DNA from: Camelus dromedarius
Lineage: Eukaryota
DNA: 64,000 nt
Assembly (NCBI RefSeq): GCF_036321535.1
Contig: NC_087451.1
Coordinates: forward strand, 55,490,001 to 55,554,000
Reading direction: 5' to 3'
A model generated the notes under the pieces. It made no database searches and was not told the DNA's origin. It worked only from the letters and a program-made list of their open reading frames with translations. Positions within the stretch are counted from its first letter, which is position 1, and the number at the start of each line of letters is the position of its first letter. The position numbers were made by a program, and so were the translations under genes. Below, one piece after another: positions 56,115 through 64,000 of the stretch.

Positions 56115-57630
56115 ATGAGCGGGGCAGACCGGAGTCACGCTGCAGGAACGGCCCCCGACCAGGACCCCGGCCGGGCGGCGGTCGCCTCGGCCTACCAGCG
56201 CTTCGAGCCCCGCGCCTACCTCCGCAACAACTACGCGCCCCCTCGGGGCGACCTGAGCAGCCCGGACGGCGTCGGGCCTTGGAAGCTGCGCTGCTTGGCA
56301 CAGACTTTCGCCACCGGTAAGCGTGGGGAAACTGAGGGCAAGAAGTCATGGGGAGCTAAAGGGGCCTGGCTCGAGAGAGAGCCAGATGGGGATAGGTAGT
56401 TAAGAGGTGAAAACAGAAGAGGAAGAGAAGCAATATCGATCACTGTGAGAGGCAGAGGAGTGTGGATGGAGATGGGCGGAGCACTCGAAATTGAGAGGTG
56501 AGATGGAGAATGCAGACTGCGGGGAAAGGGAAAGGGGAGAGAGGCACCTGCCAGGCACCTGTGATTTCTCACTTAATCCTCGCTGGTAGGTACAGTTTTA
56601 TAGATGTGGAACCTGAGTCTCAGAGATATTAAGTTCTTTTCCCAAGGTAAGCCACTCAATGTTGGAGCCAGGACTCAGACCCTGGTTAGTCTAACTCCGG
56701 AGCTAATGCCTTTTTCCAGATAGAGACACACTTCCAGAGAGAAGGAATGGGAGCGGTGGGGAGAAGCAGGTAAGGGAGGCAGCAACAGAGGCTGGGGTCC
56801 ACGGGCCTAGCACCTAGCAAGCCCAGCACCCCTGCCTTCCGATGCACCTATTCCTCTGCCCCATGCAGGTGAGGTGTCTGGGCGCACCCTCATTGACATT
56901 GGTTCAGGCCCCACCATATACCAGCTGCTCAGTGCCTGTGCCCACTTTGAGGACATCACCATGACAGATTTCTTGGAGGTGAATCGCCAAGAGCTGGGGC
57001 TCTGGCTGCGAGAAGAGCCGGGGGCCTTCAATTGGAGCGTGTACAGCCAGCATGTATGCCTCGTTGAGGGCAAGGGGTAAGGGCTAGGGGATGAGGGTGG
57101 GGCAGAAGGTCTCCCATGGAGGCAGCAGAGAACTGAGCATGGGCAGTCCAGAGCCCCAGTCCCAATCCTGCCTTCTGCTCCTCAACAGTGAATCCTACCA
57201 GGAGAAGGAGCGCCAGCTGCGAGCCAGGGTGAAGCGGATCCTGCCCATTGATGTGCACCAGCACCAGCCCCTGGGCACTGGGAGCCTGGCGCCCCTGCCT
57301 GCCGATGCCCTGGTCTCTGCTTTCTGCCTGGAGGCTGTGAGTCCAGACCTTGCCAGCTTCCAGAGGGCCCTGGACCACATCACCACACTGCTGAGGCCTG
57401 AGGGGCACCTCCTCCTCATCGGGGCCCTGGAGGAGTCGTGGTACCTGGCTGGCGAGGCCAGGCTAGCAGTGGTGCCGGTGTGTGAGGAGGATGTGAGGGA
57501 GGCCTTGATGCGTAGCGGCTATGAGGTGCGTGATCTACGCACCTACATCATGCCTGCCCACCTTCGGACGGGTGTAGATGATGTCAAGGGCATCTTCTTC
57601 GCCTGGGCCCAGAAGAAGGTGGGGCTGTGA
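56115..57630 (+). CDS. PNMT: Phenylethanolamine N-methyltransferase, 283 aa, 3 exons
   Basis: Exons 56115-56316, 56869-57076 and 57189-57630 total 852 nt. Contains YQRFEPRAYLRNNY, SAM motif I LIDIGSGPT, FCLE, EESWY and GVDDVK. AATAAA at 57698-57703. Confidence 0.98.
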
Positions 57631-58353
57631 GGCCCCAGTGCATCCAGTGCTGTCAGCCCTCACCCACCCAGATTCCCTATTATCCGAGGTGGCAACTAAT
57701 AAAAAATTAAGTCCCTTGCTGGTTGGTGTAAGTGGAGTCTGTGGCTCTCCTGGGACACAGCAAGGGCCCAGAGCTCTCTCCTGTGTTGTGGGGGTAGGAG
57801 GGCATCAACCCTGGCCTTTTTTACCCCCAGAAGCTTCCATGAAGGCAGGCTCTATACCACTCATTCTTCCCAGACTAAGGAAGGCCAGGGTCAGAGGGAG
57901 CTCATTCAGCATCTGCCATGTACCAACAACTGCCAGGTCCATTAGATCGTCACACAGGCAGTAGGTCCTGCCATCTTGTTTGCAGAAGCTCAGGAAGGTT
58001 AAGAATGAATAAATAGTAGTGGAGCCTAGTGGAGCCCAAGAGCGGGGGAGAGGGGGATGGTTAGGAGACACAAGTGGAACTTTTTTTGGGGGGTGGGGTT
58101 ACATCTAGGCACAAAGGCCCAGGGAAGTGAGAGAGGAGGACACCAGCTTCCCCCTCATCCTCCACCAAAGGCTGGACCTGAGCTCCATCCAACTCTGCTA
58201 CTGCTCTGAACATGGTCCCTACCATCCCCATTCCCACCAGCCTGGGTAGAGACCTCATCTGCCTGCTGCCTCCAGCCAGCCCCATCTCCTTCCCTCCAGC
58301 CCACCCTGCTCACACAAATGGGCCAGACAAGGGTAGGTGAGGTTGAGAATTGA

Positions 58354-58359
58354 TTTATT
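58354..58359 (-). terminator. PGAP3: PGAP3 poly(A) signal (AATAAA on the minus strand)
   Basis: TTTATT at 58354-58359, about 1.6 kb downstream of the PGAP3 stop, convergent with PNMT. Confidence 0.75.
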
Positions 58360-59981
58360 AAGAATTTCCATTGCTACCCTCCTACCTTAAAATAGTTCTT
58401 AGTATCAAAAGAGGTTAACACAAGCCAGCTAAGTCCCTGAGGTTGAAGTCCTAACACAGCACCCTTACCCCCAGGGAGGGGCAAGAGGGCAGGGAAAGAG
58501 CAAGAATCCAGACTCCCTGCTCCAATCACAGAGACTGCCTTTGGATGGAAAGTTTCTGGAGCTCCACATTCTATCCTTGTGAAGCAGGAATGTGCTATGG
58601 CTGCCGGCAACTGGCAGGGGTCACCTTTACCAAGGTGTGGGTACAGCATGGCCCCTGCCTGCCTCCAGGAAGATGGGAAACCCAACCAGGCCACAGGCCT
58701 TCTCCCCTCCTCCCTCAGATTGCCCCCCTCTCTCCCCCAGGGTCCGGCAGTGTCAAAGGGGCTTAGCAGGCAGGGCACTGGGGTAGGGGTGGCCACCATG
58801 TCTAGGCAAGGAGGATCCCCATTTTCCTTCCTCCCTCTGCCTCCCAAGGGGCTGATTCAGGAGGTTGTGCAGGAGCCCTGTGAGGTTTGTAAAGAAAGGA
58901 ACACATATATACATGCAGCCTGGACACCCTCACTCCCAGCCGCATCTTGGGGACATCCTGGCTCTCAACTTGACCCAGGGCTTTGTGCAGAGTTGGTGCA
59001 CAATAAATGGTTGTCGACAGTGATTTGATCCCCTCATCCTGCTCAACCTCCCCCCACTGTGTGGCACTCACACTCACCTGCACTCACACTCAAGTCTATG
59101 CATACTCCACTCATCCACACTAACCTGCCTACCCCTCAACACACACACTTTAAAACCACTCTCACACACACACCACTTTCCACACTGCACAAGGCCAATG
59201 CTCTCACACACTGCCTGCCCCCCAGCATCCCACACACCCCAGGCCCACGTCCACCATCCTGTCACCTACACACATGGTCTCCCTTACACACTCACATGCA
59301 GGCTTCCAACCACGACAGCAGCACAGGGGCCAGAGGGATCCTGGTCCTGGGCTCTCTGGGGTCCTAGCCCCAAAGGGAGAGCGTGGTGAGGCCTCCTAGG
59401 GGTCTGACAGGAGTAACAGTCTGGGTGAGACTGCTCCCCAATCCCAACAGCTTGGTCCCTCTAGATCCCATGGGGAGAATGAGACCTGCCTTGATACTTG
59501 GGCAGCCAAAGAGCAAGCATCTAGTGCCACCTAGTGGTGCCCTGGAGGAGGGCACAGAGTAACAGAAGGGGACCTCACTGAATCTCCAAAGGCCTTTGGT
59601 GCCTGGTCTCCCAGTGAGACAGAGAGTTCCGGGAACTGCCCAGGCAGTGAGGGGGAAGCTGACAGGGAGGAAAGGCACCTCTCCTCTCGGTGGAGCTAAG
59701 AACACAGTTCCACCCTAGTTCAGCTCCAGGGACCACAGGGGTTGCCCATTTTCTAGCCCCAGATGTGATGAGGCCACATCTGAACCAACGCCAGGATCTG
59801 TGAGGGCCATGATGCAGTGAGCAAGGGATGGGCAGGTTACATGATTCTGGGCCCACACCCTTCATGTCCAAGTTCAAAATGCTAAAAGGAAAAAATAAAT
59901 CGTCTCAAGGAATGGGAGGAGAAGGGAAGCCAGCAGCGGAGGGACAGAATCCCCAGGTGGGCAGACCCACTTCCAGGGCCT

Positions 59982-61976
<1,995 letters not shown>

Positions 61977-63904
61977 CTGAGGAGGGAGGCGGCTGGTGAG
62001 CTCAGCGCCCCAAGGTGGGGAGGGTCCCCACACTCCCCCACACCCTCCCCACTGGCGGGCTCACATTCATTCCACTACCCAGCTGGGAAACATGCCTCCC
62101 CTGGGCCCTGGAGCCCACTGCCTGAGCAAATACTTGCCCCTCCACCCGCGCCCAGCTCGCTTCCCACTACCCTGAACCCCCAAGGCCATGGGGGCCTCGG
62201 CCTCTGCAAGTTCCACAGGTTCCGGCCTGGCCTGGGAGCCAGTTCCAGCAGAGCCAAGTTCCCTGGTTACTCAATGGCTAAGACAACAGCCCCCGGGGAG
62301 CCTCACCTCCTCCCCCAACTGGCAGGTGACGACAGCCCCAGCCCGGGCCAGGGGAGCCAGTGACCTCAGCCTCTGGGGGCGAGAATGAGGTGGGTGGGGT
62401 GGAGGGGCTTGAGCCAGCTTGGGGTGTGTCCGCAAGCAAGCGAGGGAGGGAGATCCAGCAGATCCCACTGGGGCCAAGTCTCTGAGGAGAAGCCTGGCCA
62501 ACTGAGCCCAGCTTCCTCCTGGCTGGGCCGGCTCAACCTGCCAAGCCAGTGGCTGCCACTTCAAGCTCTGGGAGGAACAGAGGAGCAGGGCTGGAGGGGC
62601 TGTGGCGGGCAAGGGCCCAAGGGAATGTTTGAGGCCTTTTTTCTGGAAATTCACTGCAAGGAGAGAGTACAAATCATCTTGCAAATGAGCCCCAGCACTT
62701 TTTTCCCGTAGACTGCTATATCCATGGCAGAGGCCCGAGTTACTGAAAGAGGGGTGGGATGGGGTGGAGATACACACTCTGGGCTGGGTGGAAGGGCTGG
62801 GAAACCAGTGACAAAGTGTCAAAGGAAGAAAGAGCCAAGGTCTGGCCTGGAATGCCCTGGAGGTAGGGAGGGATGCACTAGGGTGGGACAGGCCCTAGTA
62901 GTAAGGGCCAGGAGCCGCTCACTCGGGTCCAGTATACCAGGAAAACTGGCCAGGCAGGGGACAGGGGGAGCAGTGTAAAAAGCTGCTCTCCTTCCGGTGT
63001 GTGGCAGGAAGGTCAGATGGTAGGATGAGTTCCCTAAAGCAGGCTCAAAGGGGCTGGTGAGGAAACGGGAAGAGTGGCGGGTTGAGGCCAGCAGGGCTCT
63101 ACTGCAAAGCCAGACAGCCCTGGAAGTCTCTGGAGGCTCACGTAGCCTGGTGTCTGCCTGTCTGGCCTGTGTCCTGGCCTGAGTCTCGCTGCTTATGCTC
63201 CTCGTGACCTGGGCAAAAGCCCTGCCCTTCTGGGCCCGAGTTTCCCCCTGGGACAAATCAGGGGCTGGTAAAAATGATCTTTCCTGCCCTGATGTCAAGC
63301 AATTTGTCTAGGTCAGGCTGCTTCCTCCTTTGAGGAAGCCATCTCGTCCCATCCCTGGTGCTACCCCTTCCCCAGACAGTAATGGACATGTGGTTTGGAG
63401 GCTGGAAAACTGGACAGAACGGAGCAGAATCTGTGATGCTCAGGATCAGTGTGGGGAGAGAAGCAGGGGCTGGAGACAGGGCCCAGGTGATCACATGGGC
63501 CAGGTCTCCTGGGCAGGCCAGGAACAGGGACATCCTTGGAGAGGAGAGTGGCTCTGGAGCAAATGTGAAAGGCAGATGAGAGGAAGGCAGCAGGGCATGG
63601 CAGCCAGCCAGGCCTCCTTGTCACCCATGGCAGGCAAGGGGAGGTGACAAGAGGACTGAGCTAAGTGGTGGCTGGAGGCGGGGCATGCGGGGGGGGGGTG
63701 CACAGGGCCAGGGCTTAGCTCTGTGGGACAGGGGTGGGGGCTCTCGGTCCCTGTCCAACTGCCTCCCTGGGGTGCCTTCCACTTACACAGACCCACCTGA
63801 AGCCTGGACTCTGCACCCTTGAAAAGTTCCCTCTCCCCTGGGGACTGTCCCATTATGGGGGGGACTCCTCTTCTGACCCTTTCCTCAGACTTGGGAGATA
63901 GTGT

Positions 63905-64000
63905 CATTAAGAATGCAGGCCCTAGGGCCAGCCTGCCAGGGTTCAAACCCTGGCTCTGCATTTTCTGTGTGTCCTTGGGCAAGTTATTTAGCCTTGCTGT
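63905..64000 (+). mobile_element. MIR fragment (runs off the window end)
   Basis: ttaagaatgcaggccct...gggttcaaaccctggctctgc...tgtgtccttgggcaagttattta. Confidence 0.75.

Overview
This is mammalian genomic DNA syntenic to human 17q12. It is most likely from a camelid, because it carries three copies of a tRNA-Ala-derived vic-1-type SINE. Gene order is NEUROD2 (-), PPP1R1B/DARPP-32 (+), STARD3/MLN64 (+), TCAP (+), PNMT (+) and the last five exons of PGAP3 (-). I reconstructed every visible coding exon by hand. All have GT-AG boundaries, consistent phases and no frameshifts, giving 204 aa (PPP1R1B), 446 aa (STARD3), 166 aa (TCAP) and 283 aa (PNMT). NEUROD2 is partly hidden by N runs, but their lengths match the missing residues of the 382-aa human protein exactly. 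The rest is CpG islands, MIR/L2/L1 fragments, hAT DNA-transposon fossils and simple repeats. I found no convincing new protein-coding gene or previously undescribed multi-gene system, and most long ORFs in the track come from GC-rich sequence and N gaps. The best leads are regulatory or lineage-specific. (1) A convergent CTCF arrangement (forward cluster at 16.7 kb, reverse sites at 55.2 and 59.5 kb) could box in PPP1R1B-STARD3-TCAP-PNMT. (2) Elements upstream of NEUROD2 include overlapping POU/bHLH sites, an exact 27-nt duplicated kB-like palindrome and an inverted YY1 pair. (3) A GRE lies upstream of PNMT. (4) STARD3 has an exon-spanning uORF, an RE1-like site and a weak poly(A) signal. (5) A PPP1R1B-STARD3 read-through frame is open. 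(6) DARPP-32 (P16T/S18G) and PNMT (W140Y, G208E) carry unusual substitutions. Comparisons with human or other orthologues are from memory and need alignment.
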